Positions 42,086 through 57,567 are shown, numbered from the stretch's first letter. The stretch is 64,000 bases of DNA from Octopus vulgaris (GCA_951406725.2 OX597819.1:112096001-112160000); one strand, 5' to 3'. Numbers and translations: made by a program. Notes: generated by a model from the sequence alone, not told the origin.

Positions 42086-42649
42086 CACAGATAGTATGAA
42101 AACATCTTTATGGTTCTCCCTTCAAAACATGTTTACTTCAAGCATTACCAATGAGATTTCCTTTAGAATACTTATAAAAAGAATCATAATTTCCTAAGGA
42201 GGTGCTGTCTTTGATATCTGAGAGGGGGAGGCAGGGTCTAGACAGCAGCAGAAAAAAAAACAAGATTTGTTTATTGTTTCACAAACTTTTAAAATTTTAT
42301 TTGCACAATTACATTTTCACATTAAAAATGTCTACCACAAATGATTATACCACATGACAAAATGCTACAATGGATAAACACCAAACAAAAACAATACAAA
42401 ATCAAAACACACAACTAAACGAACAAGACAAAGGAGAAAATGAACAGATGAACAGTTGAGTGAACAATTAATAGAAAATGTCTCAAATATCCAAATTAGT
42501 CATATAGAAGACAACAACAGTAACAGCAGCAACAACATGTGCAAACAGTAGCAACTCTTACATGATTTCTAATACTATGGCTTGTTCATCAAGCAGATGT
42601 GTGGAAACAAAACTTTCCCCAACACTAAATGAGCAGACAGAATTTTTGC

Positions 42650-43770
42650 GTCTTCTGAGTTGTCAGGTGAATTCATGCCTCTCTTTTGAATATTATTTGA
42701 ATTGACATGAAAAATATTTTTACCAAAGTGTTTTATGGTTTATATTTTAGCTCTATTCTTCCTCTACAAATTTTATCATTTTTTAAATTTCAATAATTTT
42801 TTACCTTTTTTCAATCATATAATGGACTGCCAAGTAGAAAAAGGAAAATTACTATTTTCGGTACCTACTTCTCTTCACTTTCAATCAAGGAACCTAATCT
42901 GTGAAAGCTACTCGAGACATTTATGCTGTATAAGGAGAAGGTGCTATTACTGAAAGAACTGCACAGAAATGGTTTTTACACTTCAAATGGAAGAATTTTG
43001 GCCTAACAGAATCTTTGCATTCCAACTGATCAGTTCAGTTCAATTAAATGAGCTCATCCATGAAGATCTGCACCAGTCCACCATAGAACTGGCCCCAGCA
43101 GATGGGATGTTCTCATGATACTGTTACTTATCACCATCACTGCATGGGTATGGTCCAAACAACTCAATTTGTACAACTCTGTGTGTTTCTTATTTCTTTA
43201 CTGCCCACAAAGGGCTAAACACAGAGGGGACAAACAAACGGATTAAGTCGATTACATCGACCCCAGTGCATAACTGGTACTTAATTTATTGAGTCCGAAA
43301 GGATGAAAGGCAAAGTCAACCTTGGTGGAATTTGAACTCAGAACGTAACAGCAGATGAAACACTGCTAAGCATTTCACCTGGTATGCTAAAGTTTCTGCC
43401 AGCTTGCTTGGTCCCACATCACTAATTTGATGAAAAGCGCAGTTCAAAAGCTTGGGTGGTTATCACACCCACCATATTCTCCTGAAATAGCATCTTTAGA
43501 TTAGTACCTTCTCTGATTGCTCTCCAAAAGTCTGTGAGGTGTTTCGTTCAACAATGACATGGAGCTCAAAATGTGATTCAATGAATTCCTCAAGTCAAAA
43601 TGTGCTATCAAGGCAGTGACAAGTTTGAGAAAAGTTGGCAAGAAATCATGGACAATGAGGTAGAATATGTTACTTATAAATTTGTTAAAGCTGTTGACAA
43701 AAAATAAAGATTTAAATAAAAGAGAGGGAAAAGTGTACAAATTTATATGAGAACTCAAAATCACAGTTAT
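42650..43770 (+). mobile_element. Decayed mariner transposon, internally deleted and interrupted by a SINE
   Basis: MDCQVEK..FRYLLLFTFNQG..ATRDIYAV*GEGAITERTAQKWF (HTH region) and LSHPPYSPEIASLD (YSPDL motif). Confidence 0.85.
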
Positions 43771-45895
43771 ATGAAAAATCATGCAGATGGAAGAATTTTG
43801 TTAAAACCCAACAGCATTTCTTTACCATAGGAGATAATCCAGGAGAAGGAAAAGAGAAAAATTATATATCTCTGCTTATGGCAAAAATGGAAGTTAATTG
43901 AATTTTCCTTGGGATCAAGTACTACAAAAAGCCCTCCAGGACACATTAGCAGGAGTTGTCTCAATTGCAAACAGTAGATGATATAGTAGTGTTTGCTGAT
44001 GAGATTAAATGAGCTATCCTGAATATACTTTCCTAAATAGAAGGTAAGTTACTGGGAGAAGGCACATCTGAATAGACTGGAAATGGCTTAGTAATCCAGG
44101 TCATTGAGTGAAGTTTCCTAGCAAACTATCCTTGATGGTATTCCCCACTATTGGGACATTTTTATTGTCATATCTCTTGTTTTGTGGAGGCGCGTGGCTT
44201 AGTGGTTAGGGTGTCAGCACCATGATCATAACATTGTGGTTTCGATTCCTGGACCAGACGACGCGTTGTGTTCCTGAGCAAAACACTTCATTTCACATTG
44301 CTCCAGTCCATTCAGCTGGCAAAAATGAGTAATGCTGTGATGGACTGGCGTCCCGTCCAGCTGAGGAACACATACACCATAGAAACCGGGAAACCGGGCC
44401 CATGAGCCTGGCTAGGCTTTAAAAAGGATACATTTATTTTTTATTATCTTTTGTTTTTGCTGACTTCTCTTTACTTCACTTTTGTGAATTTGTATTTCAT
44501 CCAAATATATTGTCCTCAATGTCTTAGGTCCTTTTGGCTAGTAAAAGCAATCGTTTTTCTTTTCTTTCACCTGATTTTATGTAAACTCCAACACAAATTG
44601 TAACTTGTGTTTGTAATGTCTCTTCATTTGATGCCCTTGTGGCAAATAAAAGAAACTATTACGTTCATAATCATCATCTTGACAACCACCACCACCACCA
44701 CCATCATAATCATTATTACTACCTTTGTCACTCTGTCAAAGCCTGGGTCATGGCTGTGTAGTTTAGACACTTGCTTTGAAGCCATGTAGTTTTGGGTTCA
44801 GTCCCACTGCACGGCACTTGGGGCAAGCATCTTCTACCACACTGTTGGGTCAGCAAATATCTTGAGAGTGACTTTGGTAGATGGAGATTAAGTAGAAACC
44901 CATCTTGTGTGTGTGTATGTATGTGTGTGTGCGCATGCACGTGTATGTGTTTGCGTGCATGCACGTGTATGTGTGTGCGTTCATGCACATGTATGTGTGT
45001 GCGTGTGTGTGTGAGTGTGTCCTTATATTTTGTGTTTGTCCCCCACCACTACTTGACAACCAGTGTTGGTTTGTCTACATCTCCACGACTTAACAGTTCA
45101 GCAAAAGAGACCAATAAAAATAAGTACCAGAGTAAAAAATGAAAATAAGTATTGGGTTCGTTTAGTCTGAGTAAATCATTCAAAGCGGTACCCCAACCGC
45201 TTTGAAGTGATTTGAATGATTTAACCGCAGTCTGAAACAAGTAAAAAATAAAATATCTATGTGCGTAGTATGAAATAGTTAAACATATTTTGTACAGCTT
45301 TCTATTAGAGCCACTAATAGATGCAAAGTATTGTGTTGCTATGTAACTAAGTGTGAGTGAAGATATTACTACACTGAAGCGGTCACTATTTAAATGTATT
45401 TTATATTACAAACTATTATAGTCACCAATATAAGAAAGATATTTGTTGCTATGTATTATATGTTTGAACTTGTTTCAACTGAATTGTGTCTTTCATTAAA
45501 CTGATTCTATTTTTCATACAAGATATAATATAACTGATACAACTACGAAATATTAAGTAGAGATAGATTGCAAACTTAACAATCAGATAATTTGGTTAAA
45601 AAAAAAAAAATTATAAAGCAATATTTTGAAAACAGACTAAAAAATTTATTTTGTTATATTGCTTAACAGTTATAATTAAGGGTAATATGTATATGTGTGT
45701 GTGCACACATATATATATATATAGATATAGAGAGAGAGAGAGAGATGGAAAGACAGGCAGATAGATAGATTAAAATAAGAGGGAAAACAATGTACAAATT
45801 TATCTGAGAACCCAAAATCACTGTTACAGGAAAAACAGTTCTACCAATGCATGCATGGAAGTTGGACATTAAATAATGATGATGATGATATATGA

Positions 45896-45935
<40 letters not shown>

Positions 45936-46990
45936 ATCTTACATCATAGCTTCAATAGTTTCTGAGATAACCAAGGCAGACACTGAAGAAATCAATCAAC
46001 CACACAAATACAGCAATATAGTTCAAAAGAACAAAGGCTGTTGTAGTAGTGGTAAAAAAAAAAAAGGGAAGATGGGAGAAACAATAAGTCTATGTGCCAG
46101 TGGATATAGTGCAGTGGTGACTGAATGTTTGTTGGTCAGCCAGAAAGCCTCTTATTACATCTGGTCTAGAAACAATGAATCTGTAAGTTGGAGGGTGTGG
46201 TGTGATGGTAAGCAAGTGTTCTCTTATCAGTAGAATAGCTTTCTTGTTTTGTTTTGATACAGTCTTAAATGTCCGTGAGTGTAGACATGGTACTGTCCTA
46301 CATAGATGAACAATTACTCTAATGTGAGCCTTATTTGGCTGTTGGCTATCTTGGTTAGAGGAAATGAACAAGGGTTCACAATATATTAAACTGATCATGT
46401 CCTATTTCTGTTTCATATTGCATGGATAGTTTTAAACTGAACAACTACAACAATATATAGTGGCCTCTATGTTTGCTCATTATATTAGTCACTGAAGTTG
46501 CTAAAACTAGCAACAAAATCTCCTGCAAATCTCACCCTACCTTCTTGAAAATTAAATGGCATCAAATAGTATAATCCTCAATATACTACCTGGAAAAAAG
46601 ACAGAACTGTGGCGGTTAGAATGTCTTTGAAGACATTCTAACCATCTTCATCTCAGAACATGCAGAATGGTACTCAGCTAAGTAGAAGAAGGGTATATCT
46701 GAAAGAATAGATCTGTTGGTCATTTCTAGTGGCTTAGCCAACAATCTGTGTTAGCCTAACCTGAGGCCACGCAGCACTTTTAAGAAATGAATATAAATTA
46801 AGAATAGGGTGTAGATACTTAAAAGATGTTTATATATCATCTACACACTACATGCATACTACTCCAGTTTTAAACAGTTGTAAAAATAATTCAATCTGTT
46901 GCTGCATCTAACAAATTCTTTTGGTTAATTTCAATAGACACAGAAAATTAGACATTCTTGAAGAGGTTGACTGTTTTATCTCTCTAGTCA

Positions 46991-47269
<279 letters not shown>

Positions 47270-49595
47270 TCAAAGAAATTTACAGAAATACTTTCTAACA
47301 TAAGTACTGGACCATAAATTTTGTTGCAAAGGATAGAGTCAACTATTTCTTGGAATGTAGTAGGCCCAATCTTTGAAACCCAGTTTCGCCTTGGCAACAG
47401 AGTTGAATTTTTTTTTTTTTAAGTTTGATATCAATTAGCATATTATTTTTTAGGTGCTATTGGTCATGCCTAATCACTTAACCAAAGGAACACTCCAGCC
47501 AACTTGTAACTGGCAGTGTGACATGATTCGCATACAAGCAGCACAAGATGTAAATCAGCATCAGAATGTAGAGGGTTCATTCAGCTATGGGTTAAAAACA
47601 TAACTGAATGGAATTGTTCTCTAACACAGATATAAGGCCACATATTTGAAGGAGACAGGATATTTGATTTGGATGATCAAAAAAAGGAGAGACGAGCAGA
47701 CCTAGAATACCAGAGTGGAAACTAAATTTGAGAAGAAGCCATTATAATAGCATTAGAAAAGGCAGAGAGAGGAGACAGCACAGATGTGAACCAGAGGCTG
47801 GAGTGTATCTGTGAGTGACTTTACATCAACCTGTTGGGTAGATTTTTTCTGGATGCAGTCTCAGATGTTTGTGAGCACAGCAACAGATGTAAAAGTATTA
47901 TTCCAGATGTAAAAGTATTATTCCATTGAGGGCCATGTTGAGTTATCAATAACTGTTCAGGTGTAACATTGAGAATATTTGGTTATATTTCAAGCAGGTC
48001 AAACAGACCCAGCAGAGATTCCTACTTTGGTTTATACCATAATTTACGACCTCAAGCTGTTATGGAAGGAGTGGATTGGAAGAGTTTCCAAAACAATTAA
48101 TTTGCATAATTCTTGATCAAGCTTCAGTTCTTGTGAGAAACCAAATTTTCTCAACACTGACCGAACAGTTAATTAATTAATTACCAAACATTTCACATTC
48201 TCTGCCTACTAAATAATTCATGTAGCAACTCTGTTATAACCACATAGCACAGTTAGCTCCAGCTGGTACTGTCAAATATAATATATAACAAATGAAGATA
48301 ACCAGGCCAAAACCTCATTTTCTTCACATTAATTAATTGATGATGCAAGCAATAAAAGACCACATGAAGAAAAGTTGATGTGATGCTGTTCTTTAGCCCT
48401 GAGTCAGAGTTGATTCAGCCAATATACTTTTATTTTGGCACTGAGAAAATATTTTCCATGAAACTAATTCTAATGTAATTTTCTCTTCAGTTAATCTTAG
48501 AATAACCCCAGAAATGTGAAATTACTTCCAAAAAGTTATTTTGGGGCTTTCTATGAGTTTTATTGCCTGAGGCCCTTCTAAGCTAAAAGACTTTTGGAAA
48601 ACTTTAAAATAGTAGCAATGGTATTAGGCAAAAGTTAAGGGTATCAACATTTGGTAGACAGGAAAGAACAATACATCAAGTTTTTCAAAGACATATTTAA
48701 ACAATCTGAAGCATTTCCCTTTTTATTCTACACACTTCTTTTGAATGAACCAGGTATAATATGTGACTACATAATACTGAAACCATTTTCTCTTGGACAT
48801 TTTTGTAAGGGTTTATTTTAATCATAAAATTGTGAAATTCCTTTGTTATTTTATTAAAAGTTCTAGATATGAACCAAATAGAAAAAAAAATGTTTTTTTC
48901 TCCACCTTTTTGCTTATTTTGTTGGTACACTTTTGGTCCAGTTTCAGAAAAGTGGCTACGCAAAAAAGTCCAACTTTTTTTGTTCACAGCTTTTGGCCTA
49001 TATAGACTAAAACCCACTAAAATCAATTGTAAAATAATTTACTGCTGTTACTTTATGCTTGCAAGGGCAATTTGTTTTATCATGGAAAACAAAATCTCAA
49101 GGAAAATCAAATTCTTTTCAGTTCCTTGCAAACCTAGACACAGATAAATGATTATGTAATGCTATCCTTTTTTTAATTCAGTGGCTGCACAAATGGTTGC
49201 CCAAGCTTGAGTTTTGAGATATAAATCAAAGGAGAAAACCTGGACTATTTGAAATTTTTAAATGTTTTCCACCTTTGTAAGAAAAACCTAATAAGTTTAT
49301 CAAAGTATTACCTCAAAGTGAGATTACTTAACATTGGAATTCATCAGATGGAGATTTGAGAACTACTTTTAGCATACATGTAGGAGCATCCTTTGGTTTG
49401 ATAGAGTTGGTAATGGGTTGTGGAAGGTGATAAATGAAGGTAAAGATGAGGTAAAAAAATGGCCTTTTGTATCTTGAGTGTAGGGAGGCAATGATTGGTG
49501 ATGGAATATCAGAAGTGGTGTGACGAGTGAAAAAAAAAACAAAGAGGGGTGGAAGGAGATGATTAAGGGGTGTGAACTTCAGTGATTGAACTTAC

Positions 49596-49883
49596 CACTT
49601 TCCATCGGTCTTTCACAACCTGAGCTGGTTGGATTAGGTCTTCTGTAGTCATAGTGCTACTGTTACTGGCAACTGCAGCTGAAGATCTGTGCAGGAGCTG
49701 CTGAGTCTGCTGCTGTTGATGATGGTGGTGATGGTGGTGGTGGTGGTGGTGGTGGTGGCTGGGCTGCTGCGGAGGGGTGTGAGGGTGGTGCTGTTGCTGC
49801 TGGTGACTGTGGTGATGTAGTCTCCGAACACTGCTAACAGCAGTAGGGGCGGGACGACAAACTCCAGCTTCTTTTTTGACCAT
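49596..49883 (-). CDS. TTBK: Tau-tubulin kinase (TTBK/Asator-like), first coding exon: His/Gln-rich N-terminus then MTTEDLIQPAQVVKDRWKV
   Basis: ORF track 49563-49883. The end resembles the Asator/TTBK start of kinase domain. Donor GTG|GTAAG after 49596 (phase 0). Acceptor with pyrimidine tract ...TTTACAG| gives exon start 49932. An in-frame TAG lies 4 codons upstream of ATG 49883; a second in-frame ATG is at 49652. Confidence 0.88.
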
Positions 49884-49912
49884 AGATCTGCTCTAGAGAC
49901 AAAGCAGGGCAT
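49649..49912 (-). other. Out-of-frame upstream/overlapping ORF (87 aa) whose TGA overlaps the internal TTBK ATG (ATGA)
   Basis: ORF track; ATG 49912, stop 49651-49649, TTBK internal ATG 49652-49650. Translation not demonstrated. Confidence 0.4.
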
Positions 49913-50267
49913 CCTGGCGAACCGACTCCAAACTGTAAAGGTAAAGAGAAAGAGAGAAAGGAAATTAAATAAATAAACTGGCAGAAGGTCTGAGAACTAC
50001 ATATATTGCAGCACTGTTAATATATCATAAAAACAATCATGGCATGTCTTTACATATGTATTCACTATATGTTCTGTACACACACACACACACATATATA
50101 TCATCATCATCATCATCATCTGTAGAGTGGTTGGTGTTAGAAAGGCATCCAGCCATAAAAACTCTGCCAAACCAGACATCGCAAAGGGTAGTTTTTCTAC
50201 CTGGCTATCTTCTTGAACCATCCTAGCCATGCATGCATGGAAGATGGGCATTAAACAATGATGATGA

Positions 50268-50317
<50 letters not shown>

Positions 50318-52000
50318 GTATCATCATTATCATCGTTTAACGTCCGTTCTCCATGCTAGCATGGGTTGGACAGTTCGACCGGGGATCTGGGAAGCCAGAA
50401 GGCTGCACCAAGCTCCAGTCTTATCTGGCAATGTTTCTACAGCTGGATGCCCTTTCTAACGCCAACCACTCCGTGAGTGTAGTGGGTGCTTTTTACGTGC
50501 CACCTGCACAGGTGCCAGGCGAGGCTGGCAACGGCCACGGTCGGATTGGTGTATTTTACATGCCACCGGCACGGAAGCCAGTCGAGGCGGCGCTGGCATC
50601 GTATGTATATATATCATTCAACCATGGTAGTGGTTGAATATATTTTTAAGTCCACCATTTTGTCAATCACAGCAGCTTCCAAGCTTCACCACTAATTCAG
50701 TTCTTAAATAAATTGCAAACTGTTAACAGTTTTAAAGAGGACACCGCCTCAGCTACACTTTGGCAAAAATAGTTTGAGATTTGGTTCAGTAGAAAAAAGT
50801 TACATCAAAATATCTGTGACCTCAAGGGGGGGCAGTAAGGCACCTATTCATCTTCAATTAACAATTTTTTTATTTTAAAATAAAAGTACACTTTTCTTAG
50901 GCTTAAATAATAGAAAAATGCATGAGGAATTCAGAGTCATTAGTTGCATTGAACAAAAATTACTAGAAAAAATTTTTGAGGTGAAATGTCATGAAATTTA
51001 TTGTCAGTAAGTGAAGAAATAACAAGTAATGCCCCAAGCTATAATATTAAGATGAGAATATATTTCTAAAATGAATGGCTACATTCTAACACAGTGAGTT
51101 GGTAGAAACGTTAGTATGCTGGGTGAAACGCTTAGCGGTATTTTATCTGTCTTTTTGTTCTGAGTTCAAATTCCACTGAGATCAACTTTATCTTTTATAT
51201 ACTGTATTTTTTTTTTATTATTTAATAAAGTTATTTTTAATATGCTGTTGAATTGAGGTAAGTTTAACTTTTATTACTGATTTTCTCTTTCAGCTTTAAT
51301 TAACTTGCTTTTTGCTTTTTTAGCTTTTCCTTTTAGTTGATTATTTAATCAAGTTAGTTTATTAATGTGTTATATGCTTCAGATATGTGCATCTAAATTT
51401 ATTGGGACAGGAATATTGTCATTTTTAGCTGTGTCTCTATGGGCAGAGCTGAAGGCATGTAGTAAGGCTGTCCAGAAAAGGTATTGGTTAAAAGTGCTTA
51501 TATTCTAAATTTACTTTTTAAATTTCAAAATTAATTAAAAGGGATTTTTCATAAATCAAATTTATATTAATAGGATGTAGGTAATTTTAACTTGTGTATA
51601 TCTGATATGCTTTATAATTACTGTTGTATTGAATAATTATTGATAGATCTACATTGGCAGTAATCAGTGCTATTATCCTCAACTCAAAATCTAGGTTACA
51701 TAAGGTGAGCCTAGTTACTGATGGTTTTGGGGGTCTTGTTGTTTGTAACTTTTGGTGAGCCATGGTGCAACCAACAAGATGATAAAATTCCCTGCCATTA
51801 ATTTGGTGTGGATGGGTAATATCAAATAATTCAATCACAACATGTATTTAAATTAAACATCAAAAAAATTGAAATATTACCATCACTTACATGGAAAAAT
51901 TGAAATATTATCTTTCAGTATTTTATAAGTTAAAATCTTAAATTATTAATTGACACATTATTAATTATCTTACAACAACAATGCCTGGAAATATCATGGA

Positions 52001-52516
52001 TTACATGGAAAAATGCGAGCATGAAAAGTAATATTCATAAGATTATAAACCTGGAAAGTACAGGACAAGTTATTACACCTGGAAAAGTATAGGATAAGCT
52101 ATTACTTCTAGTAAAGTAAAGAATAAGGAACTTTTTACTTAAAATATTGCAGCTAAAATTAAAATTTGAATATTAAAAATTATTTTATTATAGTTTACAA
52201 TAATACTATACTTATTTAATAGAATTTGGCTAATTTACTGCCTTAAATACAGAAAAAAGTGACTAATTAGACAAACTTACAAATTAGCTGAACAGTTTTA
52301 TACAATAAATTTAAAAGATGAGAACTGTAAAGAGTGATAAATTAGAAGAACTGGCATTCTTTGCTGCAATATTCTAAGTAAAAAGTTTCTTATTCTTTAC
52401 TTTACAAGAAGTAATAGCTCATGCTATGTTTTTCCAGGTGTAATAACTTGTCCTGTACTTTTCCAGGTTTATAATCTTAAGAATATTACTTTACATGTTC
52501 ATATTTTTCCCTGTAA
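52001..52516. mobile_element. MITE/foldback with ~155-bp terminal inverted repeats
   Basis: TTACATGGAAAAAT...ACAGGACAAGTTATTACACCTGGAAAA...AATATTGCAGC (52001-52157) mirrored at 52361-52516. Confidence 0.85.
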
Positions 52517-53385
<869 letters not shown>

Positions 53386-54062
53386 TACTTACTTTTACTT
53401 TTACTTGTTTCAGTCATTTGACTGCGGCCATGCTGGAGCACCGCCTTTAGTCGAGCAAATCGACCCCGGGACTTATTCTTTGTAAGCCCAGTACTTATTC
53501 TATCGGTCTTTTGTTGCCGAACCGCTAAGTGACGGGGACGTAAACACACCAGCATCGGTTGTCAAGCAATGCTAGGGGGACAAACACAGACACACAAGCA
53601 TATACACACACACTTATATATATATACATATATACGACAGGCTTCTTTCAGTTTCCGTCTACCAAATCCACTCACAAGGCTTTGGTCGGCCCGAGGCTAT
53701 AGTAGAAGACATCTGCCCAAAATGCCACGCAGTGGGAGTGAACCCGGAACCATGTAGTTCATAAGCAAGCTACTTACCACACAGCCACTCCAATAAATTT
53801 ATATATACATATATATATATATATATACATACATATAAATAAATTTATATATACATATATATATATACATATAAATAAATTTATATATACATATATATAT
53901 ATATACATATAAATAAATTTATATATACATATATATATATATACATATATATACATACATATAAATTTATATATACATATATATACATACATATACATAC
54001 ATACATATATACTTATACATACATACATATATATATACATACATACACATACATATATACTT

Positions 54063-54109
<47 letters not shown>

Positions 54110-54397
54110 TATATCATCATCATCATCGTTTAGCATCAAACATACATATATACAGACATATACATACATACATATATGTACATACCTACATCTATATGTA
54201 TATATACATGCATATGTGAGTACAGGACACCACAAATAAACGTAGAACACAACGAGAAACGAAAATATAAAATCAAACAAGGAAACAGACTTTTTTTAAC
54301 AACGAAAAAACAGAGTACAAGACAAACAATACAAGTAAAATTCCCCTTCATCAGCTGCCCCTGTTTCGACTCAATGCGTGTTATACATATACATACA

Positions 54398-54428
<31 letters not shown>

Positions 54429-54547
54429 TCATACATATATATATACACACACATACATATACATACATATATATATATATACACACACACATACACACTA
54501 ATATATATATACATATATATATATATACACACACACATACAACACTA

Positions 54548-54596
<49 letters not shown>

Positions 54597-54902
54597 GCAG
54601 TATCAGTGCCAAGCAGTGATTAGGCGTAAGCAAATTTTAGGTTAGTTAAAACTTGTTTGTTTGTGACACATTTCAACTTCTAAAGGCAAATTCACCTCAG
54701 TTACCATGGAGAAAAAAAAAAAAGCCTTTTATAGCAAAAGATTTTAAAATATCATATCTGTCGAGCTTTTACACCTTTTACCATCAAATCTTTTTTTATT
54801 TCTTCTCCATAGCAACTGCAGTGAATTTGCCTTTAGAAGTTGAAATATGACACAAATATATTTCAACTAACCTAAAGTTCGCACATACATACATATATAT
54901 AC

Positions 54903-54952
<50 letters not shown>

Positions 54953-56639
54953 ATATATATATATATGCTGTATGTCTACTAAGTAGGTTTACATACATAC
55001 ATACATACAAGCGGTACTTGTGGGAATTCTATTGTTACTTGGAAAAATGTAAAATGGTTGGAAGTTTATAAAGCAGCATGAAATATATAATTTCTTTTGA
55101 AACTGTATTTGTTTGAAACATTCGGTTCTTTAGATGGTGTAAAAATCTACACAGACAGTATCAGAGACGGCATCTCTGAAAGCCATAGTCCTTTTTATAC
55201 ACTTGTTATCACTTCTACTTTGAGAGTTGTTATCCATCATTTTTCACTTAATGTTGAGAAGTAAACAACATTAACAGTAAAACAAAATCAAAGACATAAA
55301 CTCGGTATGATATTCTTCAGCTATTGTATAACTGAATTGGTAAAGATTTAACCAATTCTAATATACCGTATTCCATCATTAATTTCATATTAGAGAAAAG
55401 TTTATACGGCCAGACAGAGTCTAAAGTCCCAGGGAATGGGGTACAATTGTTGCCTCAATGACTATGGATTCTAAAAAAAAAAAAATGTGCATATCAATAA
55501 TGTAGGTGCAAGCTTAGCTGCATGTTTAGATAGTTTACATTAATTATAACCATGTGATTCTGGGTTCAATTTCACTGCACTGCACCTCAAACATGTGTTT
55601 TCTATAGATTTAAGTTGATAAACACCTTGAGTGAAATTTAGTAAATAAAAACAATATAGAAACTCATCATGTGTGCGTGCATGCATGCATGTGTGTGCGT
55701 GCATACATACCACACACACAATTACTATTTAGCATCCATTTTTCCATGTTGGCAAAGATGAAACAGGATTTGTTGAGGTAAAGATATTTTTGCTGGATGC
55801 CCTTCTCATTGTCAAGCCTCAATTGTTTCCAGGCAAGTTAATATTTCTCTGTCACAAGACATGCTGCTGTTATGTTCTGAGTTCAAATTCCGCCGAGGTC
55901 GACTTTGCCTTTCATCCTTTCGGGGTCGATAACTTAAGCGCCAGTTACGCACTGGGGTCGATGTAATCGACTTAATCCCCCTGTCTGTCCTTGTTTGTCC
56001 CCTCTATGTTTAGCTCCTTGTGGGCAATAAAAAAATAAATGTTCGTTTACAACCATCACATATCTAGACAAGGGCACATACAAACACACACACACAGAGG
56101 ACACTTGCCCAAGGTGCTTGAACTCAAGACCACATGGCTGGAAAGCAAGTTTCTTGATCACACAGCCATGCCTGTATCTCACCACACCTGCACCTTGTGT
56201 GTGTGTGTGTTTAGCTTGAGGCCATGTAAAATCCAGTGATGCAGCTGATGTACTGAAATAAGAAAATTACACAATACACATTGATAAAATAAGTACCAGA
56301 TTTTAAAACTAAAAACTGGGGTCACTATTTTTTACTAAACTTTTGAAGGTAATGTCCCAGCATTGTTGTAATTGGTAGCAAGAATAATGAAAAAGAAGTT
56401 TTCGTGGCCGTTTGCCAGCCTCATCTAGCACCTGTAACGGTGGCCCGTAAAATGCACCCACTACACTCACGGAGTGGTTGGCGCTAGGAAGGGCATCCAG
56501 CCGTAGAAACACTGCCAGATCAGACTGGGCCTGGTGCAGCCTTCTGGCTTCCCAGACCCCAGTTGAACCGTCCAGCCCATGCTAGCATGGAAAGCAGACG
56601 TTAAACGATGATGATGATGATGAAGTTTTCAACCTAAAA

Positions 56640-57135
56640 GTTTCCACACTCCAATGGATACTAAAGGTATGGAGAGGCAAAGATATAGGCAGCAAAACAA
56701 AGCTGAAGCTGTTCAACACATTATTCTGACCAGTATTACTCCATGGATGTGAAAACTGGAAAGGGATAAATTCCAGTTCACATGCTTAAGGGGAATACTT
56801 AACATCAAGAGGCAGCAAACAGTACAAAATTCCACCATTGAAATGACGATGGGCACCAACAAGATCACTGACGAAATAGGATGCAGACATTGGAACTGGT
56901 TCAGTCATGTCCTCAGACAGGAATGAGAAAGCAATTGCATGGTGGTACTAAAGTGGCAGCCTGAGGGTAAAAGAGTAGCAGGGTGCTCCAAAACCACATG
57001 ACAAAAGACCAATGACAAGGAAAGGAGACAAGAAGGGTGGAAAAGCTGGAATGAGATTAGGACAGTGGTGGAAAACAGAACTGGTTGGAGAGATTGTGTT
57101 GCAGCCTTATGTGCTTCATGGCATGGAGAAAACCA
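56640..57135 (+). mobile_element. Decayed RTE-clade LINE C-terminal fragment
   Basis: LKLFNT..PVLLHGCENW, WNWFSHVLR, KWQPEGKR, RTGWRDCVAALCA. Confidence 0.8.
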
Positions 57136-57567
57136 ACTAAATGGATACCAATCCTCAAATTTCTCCCTCAAACTATAACATTTTGCCTCAGAGGAAGAAT
57201 TTCCTCAGCTTATGGATTGAGATTCCAGGAGGAACACATTGTCGCACAAAACAAAAAATAAATGAGATGGTCCTAATTGGAATAAATTTGATCACAGATT
57301 TGCTGGATTAGGATTGACTCTGGGCTATACAATAACAACAACAAAAAATGGGGTTAGAATAGACAATATATAAGATGATCTCTTCTAGAGATTTGAAGAG
57401 TACTTTCGTATATGGTTTATATATCTAGGGTTAAGTTTAGTTTTCAAGGTTAACTTGTGACACTGTAGTGTTGGCAGCAACTTGTCAACAGAAAAGTTCA
57501 TAAAAAGACTTAATTGATATGATAGGTGAAGAAGAAAGAGAAGTAGTGTTATCAGTTATTGGGCTCA

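Noticed and set aside
48470-49400. Possible DNA-transposon remnants (also ~50740-51000)
   Set aside because: No termini or coding motifs I could establish by eye.
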